Source of the DNA: Planktotalea sp.
Lineage (GTDB): Bacteria; Pseudomonadota; Alphaproteobacteria; Rhodobacterales; Rhodobacteraceae
DNA: 64,000 nt
Reading direction: 5' to 3'
Assembly: GCA_965662135.1 (NCBI GenBank)
Contig: CBFIGL010000013.1
Location: forward strand, 11,353-75,352
Under the pieces are notes generated by a model. That model made no database searches, had not been told where the DNA came from, and was given only the letters and a program-made list of their open reading frames with translations. Both the position numbers and the translations under genes were made by a program. Below, piece by piece: positions 47,582 through 57,133 of this stretch. Position 1 is the stretch's first letter; each line of letters begins with the position of its first letter.

Positions 47582-49126
47582 ATGAGAAACTTTTCCAAGG
47601 TGGCAGCTCTGGCTGCTCTCGCCATGCTGGCCGTGTCCGCGCCTGCCATGGCTCAATCACTAGATCAGACCATCAACGAGGGCTTTGCCAACGCGACGGG
47701 CTGGTTCGTCAACTTGATCTTCAGCCCCTTCCCCGGAACCACATTCCCGTGGATCGTGATGTGGCTGGTCATCGCGGCAACGGTATTTACCCTTTATTTC
47801 GGCTTTATCCAGTTCCGTGCCTTCCCGCATTCGATCTCGTTGGTCAAAGGCGATTACTCCGACCCCAACGACGCCGGCGAAGTCAGCCACTTCCAAGCAC
47901 TGGCAACGGCGCTCTCGGGCACCGTCGGCCTTGGCAACATCGCCGGTGTGGCCGTTGCTGTCGGTATTGGTGGGCCTGGTGCAACATTCTGGATGATCCT
48001 CGCGGGCCTTATGGGGATGGCATCGAAATTCACTGAATGTACGCTGGGTGTGAAATATCGGAATGAATACGACGACGGCACCGTCTCGGGCGGACCGATG
48101 TATTACATGACAAAGGGCTTCGCCGAGCGCGGCCTGCCCGCGGGCAAGTTCATGGCCGTCCTGTTCTCGATCTTCTGTATTCTCGGTGCCTTGGGCGGCG
48201 GCAACATGTTCCAGGCCAACCAGGCACACGCCCAGATTTCCAATGTGGTTGGCGATTACCCGGGCTGGATTACCGGGCTGGTATTCGCGGGTATCGTCTT
48301 TGCCGTGATCGTTGGCGGTCTGAAATCTATCGCCAAGGTGACGGAGAAAGTCGTGCCGATCATGGGCGTGCTTTACGTTCTGACCGCTCTGGTCATCCTG
48401 ATCATGAACTACAACATGATCGGATGGGCTTTTGGTGAGATTTTCGTTGGTGCCTTCACCGGAGCCGGCGTTGCAGGCGGGATGGTCGGCGCTTTGATCC
48501 AGGGCTTTAAACGCGCCGCTTTCTCGAACGAAGCTGGCGTTGGTTCGGCTGCAATCGCCCACTCGGCGGTGCGCACCAAAGAGCCGATCACCGAAGGCTT
48601 TGTTTCTCTGCTCGAGCCGTTCATCGACACAGTTGTGATCTGCACCATGACCGCACTGGTGATCATCATCACAGGTCAGCTAGTCTCCGATCCCAACACG
48701 GGCCTCTATCTGCTCGACGAAGGCGCCTCGACGATCCAGACAGTTGAGGGAAACAAAGGTGTCGCACTGACATCTGCGGCCTTCTCTTCCGCGATACCGT
48801 TCTTCAAGTACATCTTGGCGATCGCGGTGATCCTTTTTGCCTTCTCAACCATGATCAGCTGGTCCTACTACGGCCTTAAGGCTTGGACATTCCTCTTTGG
48901 CGAGGGTCAGGGCAAAGAGCTGGCGTTCAAGATCATCTTCTGCATCTTCGTTGTCATCGGTGCCTCGGCGAGCCTCGGACCGGTTATCGACTTCTCTGAT
49001 GCGGCGATCTTCGCCATGGCCGTGGTCAACATCGTGGCGCTCTACTTCCTGATGCCTGTGGTCAAGGGTGAGCTCGACAGCTACCTGTCGCGACTCAAGT
49101 CCGGCGAAATCAAGAAGTTCCACTAA
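47582..49126 (+). CDS. Alanine/glycine:cation symporter (AGCS)
   Basis: GTVGLGNIAGVA, GGPGA.FWM, GGPMYY, FSNEAG.GS and FIDT.VIC motifs. Confidence 0.95.
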   Translation: MRNFSKVAALAALAMLAVSAPAMAQSLDQTINEGFANATGWFVNLIFSPFPGTTFPWIVMWLVIAATVFTLYFGFIQFRAFPHSISLVKGDYSDPNDAGEVSHFQALATALSGTVGLGNIAGVAVAVGIGGPGATFWMILAGLMGMASKFTECTLGVKYRNEYDDGTVSGGPMYYMTKGFAERGLPAGKFMAVLFSIFCILGALGGGNMFQANQAHAQISNVVGDYPGWITGLVFAGIVFAVIVGGLKSIAKVTEKVVPIMGVLYVLTALVILIMNYNMIGWAFGEIFVGAFTGAGVAGGMVGALIQGFKRAAFSNEAGVGSAAIAHSAVRTKEPITEGFVSLLEPFIDTVVICTMTALVIIITGQLVSDPNTGLYLLDEGASTIQTVEGNKGVALTSAAFSSAIPFFKYILAIAVILFAFSTMISWSYYGLKAWTFLFGEGQGKELAFKIIFCIFVVIGASASLGPVIDFSDAAIFAMAVVNIVALYFLMPVVKGELDSYLSRLKSGEIKKFH

Positions 49127-49161
49127 ATGCGGTACCCGCCCCGAAACAGGGTGTGACACTG

Positions 49162-49194
49162 ACTAAGCCGCCGAACGTTTCGGCGGCTTAGTTT
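49162..49194 (+). terminator. Intrinsic terminator after AGCS gene
   Basis: ACTAAGCCGCCGAA-CGT-TTCGGCGGCTTAGT-TT. Confidence 0.85.
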
Positions 49195-49884
49195 CGTTTC
49201 GGTGTTTTGTGAAAACTGTCATCTCTCACCCCAACACCGACAAACCTTAGACGGAGCTGACATTCGTTTTTCGGACTTCGCTGACGCAGCATTTTCCTGC
49301 AGTCGCGGCACATGTGTTGTTGCAACGCAGCGAGTGTCGCCAATGTGGCCATTCATGAGCGTCGTTTTGAGTGTAACCGAGACCGTGCTTTCGCGCGGGC
49401 GATTCCAACAGTTCAGACGTGGGCAAAGCGCCATTTCGCTGCGCGTTCCTGACAGTTTAGATTGAGGCGCATAGCGAATTTTATCGATGAAAGGCGCATA
49501 TTTAGTAGCTGCAATCTTGAGCAAGAGGACAACGTGTTCGTCGTAAAATCAGCTAGATCGCACAAGGTGTATAGAACGTGATACAACCAATATCAGGCGG
49601 TAACCCGGCTCCACATTCAGTCGGAAAGCGATTTTCACCACGCGATGGGGCAATACCCGTTCGCACAGTACTTCGTTTCTTCAAATAGACAGGCCGCGAC
49701 ATATTGATATCGCACGGCGATAACCCCCTTTTGGCGGCCAGCTCAGATTGTCTAGACGTAGATTTGCTCGTTTTGGTCGCAAAACCGACGGATCAATCGA
49801 AGGCTTTCAGATAGGTGGTTGCTAATCTAGCATAAGGTCGTGCGATATTTGGCCGTACATTCACACAACGAAAGACCAGATTGA

Positions 49885-50376
49885 ATGAAGAGACTTGCCC
49901 TTGATGCAGCAGACATCCGCATTCTCAGTGCGCTTCAGCAGCATGGGCAATTGAGCAAAGCCAAGCTAGCCGAGATTAGCGGTCTTTCCGCGACACCGTG
50001 CTGGGCCCGACTGTCCAGATTGAAAGCGGGCGGATATATTCAAGGTTATCATGCCGATATTGAACTGGGCCGACTGGCTGATTTCGCCCAAGTGATTGTG
50101 ACAGTTTCCCTAAGTCGCCATCGAAAGGCTGATTTTGAACGCTTTGAGGCTTTCATCAACAGCCGCGATGAGATCATTGATTGCATCGCCACTGGCGGCG
50201 GGGTCGATTACATCATGAAGGTCATCAGCCCCACCCTTGCCGCGTTTCAAGATCTGATGGAAGAGTTCCATGCCCAAGATCTTGGGATTGATCGCTACAT
50301 GACTCACTTTGCGACGCGACAGGTGAAATCGGGCATGCCGAACATCGCAAAATTGGCGGCTGCAAAGCCGAAATAG
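49885..50376 (+). CDS. Lrp/AsnC regulator
   Basis: LDAADIRIL...GLSATPCW.R and TGGGVDY motifs. Confidence 0.9.
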   Translation: MKRLALDAADIRILSALQQHGQLSKAKLAEISGLSATPCWARLSRLKAGGYIQGYHADIELGRLADFAQVIVTVSLSRHRKADFERFEAFINSRDEIIDCIATGGGVDYIMKVISPTLAAFQDLMEEFHAQDLGIDRYMTHFATRQVKSGMPNIAKLAAAKPK

Positions 50377-50540
50377 TCAATCCGGCCCAAACAGTCCTGT
50401 TACGGCCAGAAAAACGGCCCGCTTGGTCCGAGAATTCAGAATCTTCAGACCACATTCGCGGTCTGTCCTGGACTACATCTCGCAAAGATTTTGACAGTTC
50501 TTGATCATAGCGATCACGGACAAAACGGGAGGACGTTCCA

Positions 50541-51680
50541 ATGCAAGCAGAAGATTTCGGTTTCGGCACACAGATCCGCAAGTCGCCCTATTTTGACGCC
50601 ACTGTGCGTTGGGGCGCACAAGGGTTTTCCGTATATAACCACATGTATATCCCGCGTGATTTCGGTGATCCGGCGCAGAACTTCTGGAACCTCGTGAACG
50701 ATGCTATTCTGTGTGATGTTGCCGTTGAACGGCAGGTTGAAATCACAGGGCCTGACGCTGCCAAATTCACCCAGATGCTGACCTGCCGTGATCTGTCCAA
50801 GATGGCCGTGGGCCAGTGCAAATACATCCTGATCACCAACGCGGATGGTGGCATTTTGAACGACCCGATCCTGCTGCGTCTTGCAGAAAACCATTTCTGG
50901 ATTTCCCTGGCTGACAGCGACATCCTCCTATGGGCGCAGGGTGTCGCGGTCAATTCTGGCCTTGATGTCACGATTGGCGAGCCCGATGTGTCCCCGCTGC
51001 AATTGCAAGGTCCCAAGTCCGGCGAGATCATGCGTGCGCTGTTTGGCGACGAAATTATGGACCTGCGCTACTACTGGCTGCGCGAAGTTGAATTAGACGG
51101 CATCCCTCTGATCGTGTCCCGCACCGGCTGGTCGAGTGAACTGGGCTATGAAATTTACCTGCGTGACGGGTCCAAAGGCGATCTGCTGTGGGAGACCATC
51201 ATGGCCGCAGGTCTGGCATTTGGCCTGAAGCCTGGGCACACTTCGTCTATCCGCCGCATCGAAGGTGGGATGTTGTCGTATCACGCAGATGCCGACATGA
51301 GCACCAATCCTTATGAGCTTGGTTTTGACCGTCTGGTGAACCTCGACATGGAGGCTGATTTCATTGGCAAAGCAGCGTTGCGACGCATTAAGGACGAAGG
51401 CGTCAGCCGCAAACAGATCGGCCTGATCATCGACGGTGATCCCCTCACCGGGCCGAACACAACATTCTGGGAAATCAATTCAGATGGCGAGGCAATCGGT
51501 AAAGTCACATCCGCCGTTTATTCCCCACGTTTGGAGCAGAATATCGCGTTGGCCATGGTTTCAGCTGAACATGCAAACATCGGTGCACAGGTCGAGGTCG
51601 TTACGAAATCTGGCCCCATCCGCGCAACAATCTGCGAGCGTCCGTTCTATGATCCCAAAAAGCAAATTGCAGCCGCGTAA
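50541..51680 (+). CDS. GcvT-superfamily THF-dependent demethylase, DmdA paralog
   Basis: VYNHM, DVAVERQVEI.GPDA, GGILNDP, W.SLADSD, RTGWS.ELGYEIY and RIEGGMLSY motifs. Confidence 0.85.
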   Translation: MQAEDFGFGTQIRKSPYFDATVRWGAQGFSVYNHMYIPRDFGDPAQNFWNLVNDAILCDVAVERQVEITGPDAAKFTQMLTCRDLSKMAVGQCKYILITNADGGILNDPILLRLAENHFWISLADSDILLWAQGVAVNSGLDVTIGEPDVSPLQLQGPKSGEIMRALFGDEIMDLRYYWLREVELDGIPLIVSRTGWSSELGYEIYLRDGSKGDLLWETIMAAGLAFGLKPGHTSSIRRIEGGMLSYHADADMSTNPYELGFDRLVNLDMEADFIGKAALRRIKDEGVSRKQIGLIIDGDPLTGPNTTFWEINSDGEAIGKVTSAVYSPRLEQNIALAMVSAEHANIGAQVEVVTKSGPIRATICERPFYDPKKQIAAA

Positions 51681-51707
51681 CGGCCTATCACACGAAAGAA
51701 AACCGAT

Positions 51708-52157
51708 ATGTCAGACCTCGCGATCGAACTGCATTGGCAGCGCGCTACACCTATTTTTGAAACCGGTGCATATTCGAACGAGCACACAGTGCAGTATAAC
51801 AACCGCTACGATCTGCTTGTGGATTCCGCCCCTGATTGGGGCGGAAATCCAGACAATACAAATCCCGAACAGGCCCTAGCCTCGGCGTTGTCCAGTTGCC
51901 AAATGATGACCTTTCTCGCGCTGGCCGCAAAAGCGGGTTGGCCCGTGGCGAGTTACCACGATTACGCCGAAGCCCACTTGGGCAAGAACCCCAAAGGTCA
52001 GATGTCGGTGACGCGGATTGACCTTCATCCAGTGGTGCGTTTCGACACCGGCTTTTCGGTAAACGACGGGGAGCTGGCGCAGATGCAGGACCGCGCGCAC
52101 CGCTATTGCTTTATCGCGAACACCTTGGCCGACAGTGTCGAAATAAACATTCTTTAG
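51708..52157 (+). CDS. OsmC/Ohr family protein
   Basis: NPEQ.L...LSSC.M.TFL and AH.YCFIANT, the two-Cys pattern. Confidence 0.9.
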   Translation: MSDLAIELHWQRATPIFETGAYSNEHTVQYNNRYDLLVDSAPDWGGNPDNTNPEQALASALSSCQMMTFLALAAKAGWPVASYHDYAEAHLGKNPKGQMSVTRIDLHPVVRFDTGFSVNDGELAQMQDRAHRYCFIANTLADSVEINIL

Positions 52158-52176
52158 AACTCAAAAGGAATACCCC

Positions 52177-52977
52177 ATGACCACATCTGACACCCTGCTG
52201 CGCGATCTGGATGCGAGCGGCATATTGCGCCTGACCTTGAACGATGTGGCGCGCCGCAATGCCTTGTCCGAGGCGATGCTGGCGGCACTAGGCGCGGCGT
52301 TTACAGATGCAGGGGCAGACCCAAAGGTGAGGGTCATTGTTTTGGCAGCCAATGGCCCTGCTTTCTGTGCGGGTCATGACCTCAAGGAGATGACCGCCGG
52401 GCGCAGGCACGAGGATGGGGGAAAGGCGTATTTTGCACATGTCATGGCGATGTGCGCAGACGTGATGCAAGGCATCGTGAATTGCCCCAAACCCGTGATC
52501 GCCGAAGTCACTGGCGTGGCCACTGCCGCAGGCTGCCAACTGGTTGCAAGCTGTGATCTGGCCGTTGCAGCGGATACGGCACAGTTCAGCACACCGGGCG
52601 TGCATATCGGGCTGTTCTGTTCCACGCCCATGGTGGCGCTGTCGCGCAATGTGGCAGACAAACACGCGATGGAGATGTTGCTGACGGGTGATATGACGTC
52701 AGCCGAACGGGCTGCCGAGATCGGTCTTGTGAACCGTGTTGTGGCCCTCGAGGCACTGCAAGAAACAACGATGGAAATGGCGTGCAAGATTGCGTCGAAG
52801 TCCAGCATGACGCTCGCAACAGGCAAGCGTGCCTATTACACGCAGCGCGAAATGGCGCTGTCCGACGCTTACGATTATGCCTCCGGTGTGATGGTCGACA
52901 ACATGCTGGCGCAGGATGCCGAAGAAGGCATCGGTGCGTTCATTGAAAAGCGCGCGCCCCAATGGCAGGATGCCTGA
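52177..52977 (+). CDS. Enoyl-CoA hydratase/isomerase
   Basis: AFCAGHDLKE, ATAAGCQLVASCD, PGV.IGLFC and AF.EKR.P motifs. Confidence 0.92.
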   Translation: MTTSDTLLRDLDASGILRLTLNDVARRNALSEAMLAALGAAFTDAGADPKVRVIVLAANGPAFCAGHDLKEMTAGRRHEDGGKAYFAHVMAMCADVMQGIVNCPKPVIAEVTGVATAAGCQLVASCDLAVAADTAQFSTPGVHIGLFCSTPMVALSRNVADKHAMEMLLTGDMTSAERAAEIGLVNRVVALEALQETTMEMACKIASKSSMTLATGKRAYYTQREMALSDAYDYASGVMVDNMLAQDAEEGIGAFIEKRAPQWQDA

Positions 52978-52980
52978 GCC

Positions 52981-54645
52981 ATGAGCGCGAACCCCTACAA
53001 TACCGATCTGGACCGTAATCCTGCAAACCATCAGCCGTTGACGCCGCTGGCATTCTTGGAACGCGCGGCCTCCGTCTTTCCTGATCACACAGCGATTGTG
53101 CATGGTGCGTTGCGGCGCAATTATGCTACCTTTTATGCGCGGTCACGTCAGTTGGCATCTGCTTTGGCACAGCAGGGAATCGGACGCGGTGACACGGTGT
53201 CGGCCTTGCTGGCCAATACGCCTGCGATGCTTGAATGCCATTACGGTGTTCCCATGTGCGGTGGTGTCCTGCATTCCGTAAACACCCGCCTCGATGCATC
53301 TGTGATTGCGTTTCAGCTGGACCATGCAATGTCAAAAATCGTCATCGTGGACCGAGAGTTCATGCCGCTGATGCAGGACGCGCTGGCGCTGTCCACAGTG
53401 ACCCCACTGGTTATCCAATACGACGATGCTGAATTCAGTGGGCCTGAGACCGCCACAGATGCTCAGGATTTTGAGTCCTTCTTGTCGATGGGTGACCCTG
53501 AATTTGACTGGCTGATGCCGCTGGACGAATGGGACGCGATTTCGATCAATTACACTTCGGGGACCACGGGCGATCCCAAGGGAGTGGTGTCGCATCACCG
53601 AGGGGCTTACCTTCTGGCGCAGGGCAACGCGCTGACCACGTCGATGGCCAAGCACGCGGTCTACCTCTGGACGCTACCGATGTTTCACTGCAACGGATGG
53701 TGTTTCCCCTGGACACTCTCGGCTATTATCGGGACGCACGTCTGCCTGCGGCAAGTGCGGGCAGAACCGATGTGGGCCGCCTTGGCGGATGAGGGCGTCA
53801 CACACTTGTGCGGCGCGCCCATTGTGATGTCTCTGATGATCTCTGCCCTCGAGGAAGAGAAACGCAAGCTCGATCAAACCGTGCAGTTCTTCACGGCTGC
53901 CGCCCCACCACCGGAAAAACTGCTGGCCGATATGAAGATCGCGGGCTTTGATGTGACGCATCTTTATGGGCTGACAGAAACCTACGGGCCAGCTGTGGTG
54001 AATGACTGGCATCCAGACTGGTCTGATCTGCCGCCCGCCCAGCAGGCCACGCTGAAATCGCGCCAAGGCGTGCGCTATCTGCCGCTTGAGGGATTGGATG
54101 TGCTGGATCCGGAAACCATGCAGCCCGTACCGCACGACGGGAAAACCATGGGCGAAGTGATGTTTCGAGGCAACGTCGTCATGAAAGGCTATTTTCGCAA
54201 TCCCAAAGCCACGCAAGAGGCCTTTGCTGGCGGCTGGTTCCATTCCGGCGATCTGGGTGTGCGGCATCACGACGGCTATATCCAGCTCAAGGACCGATCC
54301 AAGGACATCATCATTTCGGGTGGCGAAAATATTTCGTCCATCGAGGTGGAAGAAGCTCTCTATCGTCACCCCGCAGTCGCGATTGTAGCGGTGGTCGCGA
54401 TGCCCCATGATAAATGGGGCGAAACGCCTTGCGCCTTTGTGGAATTGGCCAAAGGTAAAACTGTGGATGCCGCCAGTTTACGCGCTTGGTGCAAGGACCA
54501 GCTTGCGCCCTACAAAGTGCCGGGACAGTTCGTGTTTACGGCAATCCCACGCACGTCCACCGGCAAAATCCAGAAATTTGTCCTGCGCGATCAGGCCCGC
54601 GAGATCGCGCAAAACGCAAATTCAGGTCAAATGACCCCGGCTTGA
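52981..54645 (+). CDS. Acyl-CoA synthetase, DmdB1-like
   Basis: LDRNPANHQPLTPL.FLER, YTSGTTGDPKG, PMFHCNGW, YGLTE, SGDLG and TSTGKIQK motifs. Confidence 0.9.
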   Translation: MSANPYNTDLDRNPANHQPLTPLAFLERAASVFPDHTAIVHGALRRNYATFYARSRQLASALAQQGIGRGDTVSALLANTPAMLECHYGVPMCGGVLHSVNTRLDASVIAFQLDHAMSKIVIVDREFMPLMQDALALSTVTPLVIQYDDAEFSGPETATDAQDFESFLSMGDPEFDWLMPLDEWDAISINYTSGTTGDPKGVVSHHRGAYLLAQGNALTTSMAKHAVYLWTLPMFHCNGWCFPWTLSAIIGTHVCLRQVRAEPMWAALADEGVTHLCGAPIVMSLMISALEEEKRKLDQTVQFFTAAAPPPEKLLADMKIAGFDVTHLYGLTETYGPAVVNDWHPDWSDLPPAQQATLKSRQGVRYLPLEGLDVLDPETMQPVPHDGKTMGEVMFRGNVVMKGYFRNPKATQEAFAGGWFHSGDLGVRHHDGYIQLKDRSKDIIISGGENISSIEVEEALYRHPAVAIVAVVAMPHDKWGETPCAFVELAKGKTVDAASLRAWCKDQLAPYKVPGQFVFTAIPRTSTGKIQKFVLRDQAREIAQNANSGQMTPA

Positions 54646-54660
54646 TAGGCCGGGGCTTTT
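54635..54660 (+). terminator. Intrinsic terminator
   Basis: CCCCGGC...GCCGGGG-CTTTT overlapping the stop codon. Confidence 0.7.
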
Positions 54661-54669
54661 GGTGTCCTG

Positions 54670-55524
54670 TCAGGCTGGCAAAACCATTGATTTCTGCTCA
54701 CCCAAACCGGCAATTCCCAGGGTCACAACCTCTCCGCCGTGCAGATATTGCTGCGGGGACTGGCCCATACCCACGCCGGGAGGTGTTCCGGTCGAGATCA
54801 CATCCCCCGCCTGAAGGCTCATAAACTGGCTGCAATAGGAAACGAGGTGAGGGATTTTGAAGATCAGCGTCGCGGTTGATCCAGTCTGCATCCGCTTGCC
54901 ATCCACATCCAGCCACATGTCCAAGTTGTCCATGTCTGCAATCTCATCCAGTGTGACAAGCCACGGGCCAGTCGGCCCAAAGGTGTCGCACCCTTTACCC
55001 TTGTCCCACGTGCCGGCACGGTTAAGTTGAAAATCACGCTCTGACACATCGTTGATGATGCAAAAGCCAGCAACATGATCCATCGCATTGGCCTCGTCGA
55101 TATAGGACCCCGGTTCGCCAATCACGACGCCGAGTTCAACCTCCCAATCCGTTTTGACCGAACCACGCGGGACTTGAATATCATCATTCGGGCCGACTAC
55201 GGCAGAGGTCCATTTGTTGAAGATGATCGGCTCTTCGGGGATCGGCATGCCCGCCTCTTCGGCGTGATCCGCGTAGTTCAGGCCGATGCAGACGTATTTT
55301 CCGATATTCCCGACACAAGCGCCAAGGCGCAGATCCTCTTGCGGTGTGCCGGTCACAAGTGGCAGCGTTTCTGGGTCCAGCGCGTGTAGTGCTTTGAGGC
55401 CAGCAGGGCGCAATGTATCGCCGGAGATATCCGGGACTACGCCCGACAGATCGCGCACACGGCCCGATGCATCCAAAAGTCCGGGTTTTTCTGCGCCGGG
55501 CGCGCCGTAACGGAGAAGTTTCAT
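54670..55524 (-). CDS. Fumarylacetoacetate hydrolase family
   Basis: CIGLNY.DH, DWEVEL, NDVSER, WDKGK and GDVISTGTP motifs. Confidence 0.92.
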   Translation of the reverse strand: MKLLRYGAPGAEKPGLLDASGRVRDLSGVVPDISGDTLRPAGLKALHALDPETLPLVTGTPQEDLRLGACVGNIGKYVCIGLNYADHAEEAGMPIPEEPIIFNKWTSAVVGPNDDIQVPRGSVKTDWEVELGVVIGEPGSYIDEANAMDHVAGFCIINDVSERDFQLNRAGTWDKGKGCDTFGPTGPWLVTLDEIADMDNLDMWLDVDGKRMQTGSTATLIFKIPHLVSYCSQFMSLQAGDVISTGTPPGVGMGQSPQQYLHGGEVVTLGIAGLGEQKSMVLPA

Positions 55525-55561
55525 ATCGTGTCCTTGTATTTGTTAGGTGAATTTCGTTTTG

Positions 55562-56269
55562 TCAGGCTGTGCCGCGCGCTGCCCAAAGCGCACCGCGACG
55601 GATGATTTCAGTGACTTGTGGCACCCCAAGGTCATCAAGTTCATGGCCGATTGAACAGTAGAACACGCGGCCCTTGTCCCAGCGGCGTTTCCATACAATT
55701 GGGATCACAGTGCCTTCGATCCACCACAGATGATCACCCGAAAATGTCGTGGTCGCCAAGACATCGTTAGATGGGTCGACGAGCATGTAATATTGCTCCG
55801 TCGTCAGGCGGAAGCTTTTGATGCCTTGCACAATCGGATCGTCTGGTTTGCAGATCGTCACGTCATAATCAACGTAGTCTTCACGCGGCTGCAGGTTGTC
55901 GGGCCATCCGGGTGGATGCGCCACGAACTGACCCCCGATTAGGAAATGATAGGTTGGCCTATCGCGAAAGGCGTCCCCCATGTGTCCGTGCCATCCGGCG
56001 ATCCCACAGCCGTTTGCGATCAACTTTAGCAAACCGTCTTCTTGCGATTTGGTCATGTTACCGAATTCTTCTTGGTGGCCCGACCGAGCAGAAGACCAGA
56101 TCGGCGTGATCAAATCGACATCGGAGAGGTCATCAGGCTGCGCTAGAGGTTCCAGCGTATCATAGATATCTACCGTAAACCCATTGGCTTCCAGAAGGTC
56201 TTTGTACCAGTCTGCAAAATCCGTCGGCGTATGGCCTTCCCAGCCACCAACAAACAGGGCCGCTTTCAT
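55562..56269 (-). CDS. ThuA-domain protein
   Basis: GGWEGH.P, GWHG, GGQFVAHP, EQYY and GRVFYCSIGH motifs. Confidence 0.85.
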   Translation of the reverse strand: MKAALFVGGWEGHTPTDFADWYKDLLEANGFTVDIYDTLEPLAQPDDLSDVDLITPIWSSARSGHQEEFGNMTKSQEDGLLKLIANGCGIAGWHGHMGDAFRDRPTYHFLIGGQFVAHPPGWPDNLQPREDYVDYDVTICKPDDPIVQGIKSFRLTTEQYYMLVDPSNDVLATTTFSGDHLWWIEGTVIPIVWKRRWDKGRVFYCSIGHELDDLGVPQVTEIIRRGALWAARGTA

Positions 56270-57132
56270 GGCGTCTCCTTTCGCATGTAGTCCAATATCG
56301 AAGCCATGTCGCGGGCACCATAACCTGCCTTTTCCGCCTCGATCAACTTGGCCAATGTAGTTCGGCCCTGTGGCATCGCGATGCCAAGCCGATCTGCAAG
56401 CCCAGCGGTTACGTCCATGTCTTTGCGGGCCAGTGCCACCGTGAATGTCACATCGTGGTCTGCCTCGTTCAGATACAGCGGACGACGGTATTTAAGCATT
56501 GGCGCGCAGGCAGCGGAGGCTTCGATCACGTCAAATGCGACCTCAGATGAGATACTGGATGCTTCGGCCAAGGTCATTGCTTCGGCGAGCGTTTGATTAA
56601 TCCCGTGGATCAACGAATTAACTACCAGTTTCATGACGGCCCCCGCGCCGGACCGGCCCAGATAAATGGTTTGGCGCCCCATCACATCGAATAAGGCCGC
56701 AAGACCTGCATCTTCGTCGATGCATCCCGCCATAATCAGCAGATCGGCATCCTCAGCGGCTTGCGTCGCTCCGGAAACGGGCGCGTCAATAATCTGGGTT
56801 CCTTCGGGCGCGTGTGCAACCAGTGTGGCAATGTGATCAGGGCTCATTGTACCCATTTCAATCACTGTCGTGGCACCCGCTACAGCAAACAAACCGTCTT
56901 TACCCAGATGCACTTGATAGGAGGCTGCGTCGTCGGCCAACATCGTGACAACGATGCCAGCGCGCGCCATAAGATCCGCAGGGGTTTGCACTGACACACA
57001 GCCCTCGGATGAGGCGAAGTCCCTTGCAGTTGTCTCGGTTCGGTTCCAGACGAACACCTCATGACCTGCTGCGATGAGATTGCGCGCCATGTGGGTGCCC
57101 ATCCGGCCCAATCCAGCAAAGCCAATGCGCAT
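56266..57132 (-). CDS. Beta-hydroxyacid dehydrogenase family
   Basis: GLGRMG, DAPVSG, catalytic KLVVN and LARKD motifs. Confidence 0.9.
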   Translation of the reverse strand: MRIGFAGLGRMGTHMARNLIAAGHEVFVWNRTETTARDFASSEGCVSVQTPADLMARAGIVVTMLADDAASYQVHLGKDGLFAVAGATTVIEMGTMSPDHIATLVAHAPEGTQIIDAPVSGATQAAEDADLLIMAGCIDEDAGLAALFDVMGRQTIYLGRSGAGAVMKLVVNSLIHGINQTLAEAMTLAEASSISSEVAFDVIEASAACAPMLKYRRPLYLNEADHDVTFTVALARKDMDVTAGLADRLGIAMPQGRTTLAKLIEAEKAGYGARDMASILDYMRKETP

Positions 57133-57133
57133 C

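Noticed and set aside
49200-49880. 680-nt gap with 87-aa and 101-aa ORFs
   Set aside because: No recognisable motifs, and stops occur in all extended frames. Probably degraded island-border DNA.
50541-51680. Assigning the symbol dmdA or gcvT
   Set aside because: The N-terminus differs from the validated DmdA I recall, and there is no gcvH or gcvP. Phylogeny is needed.
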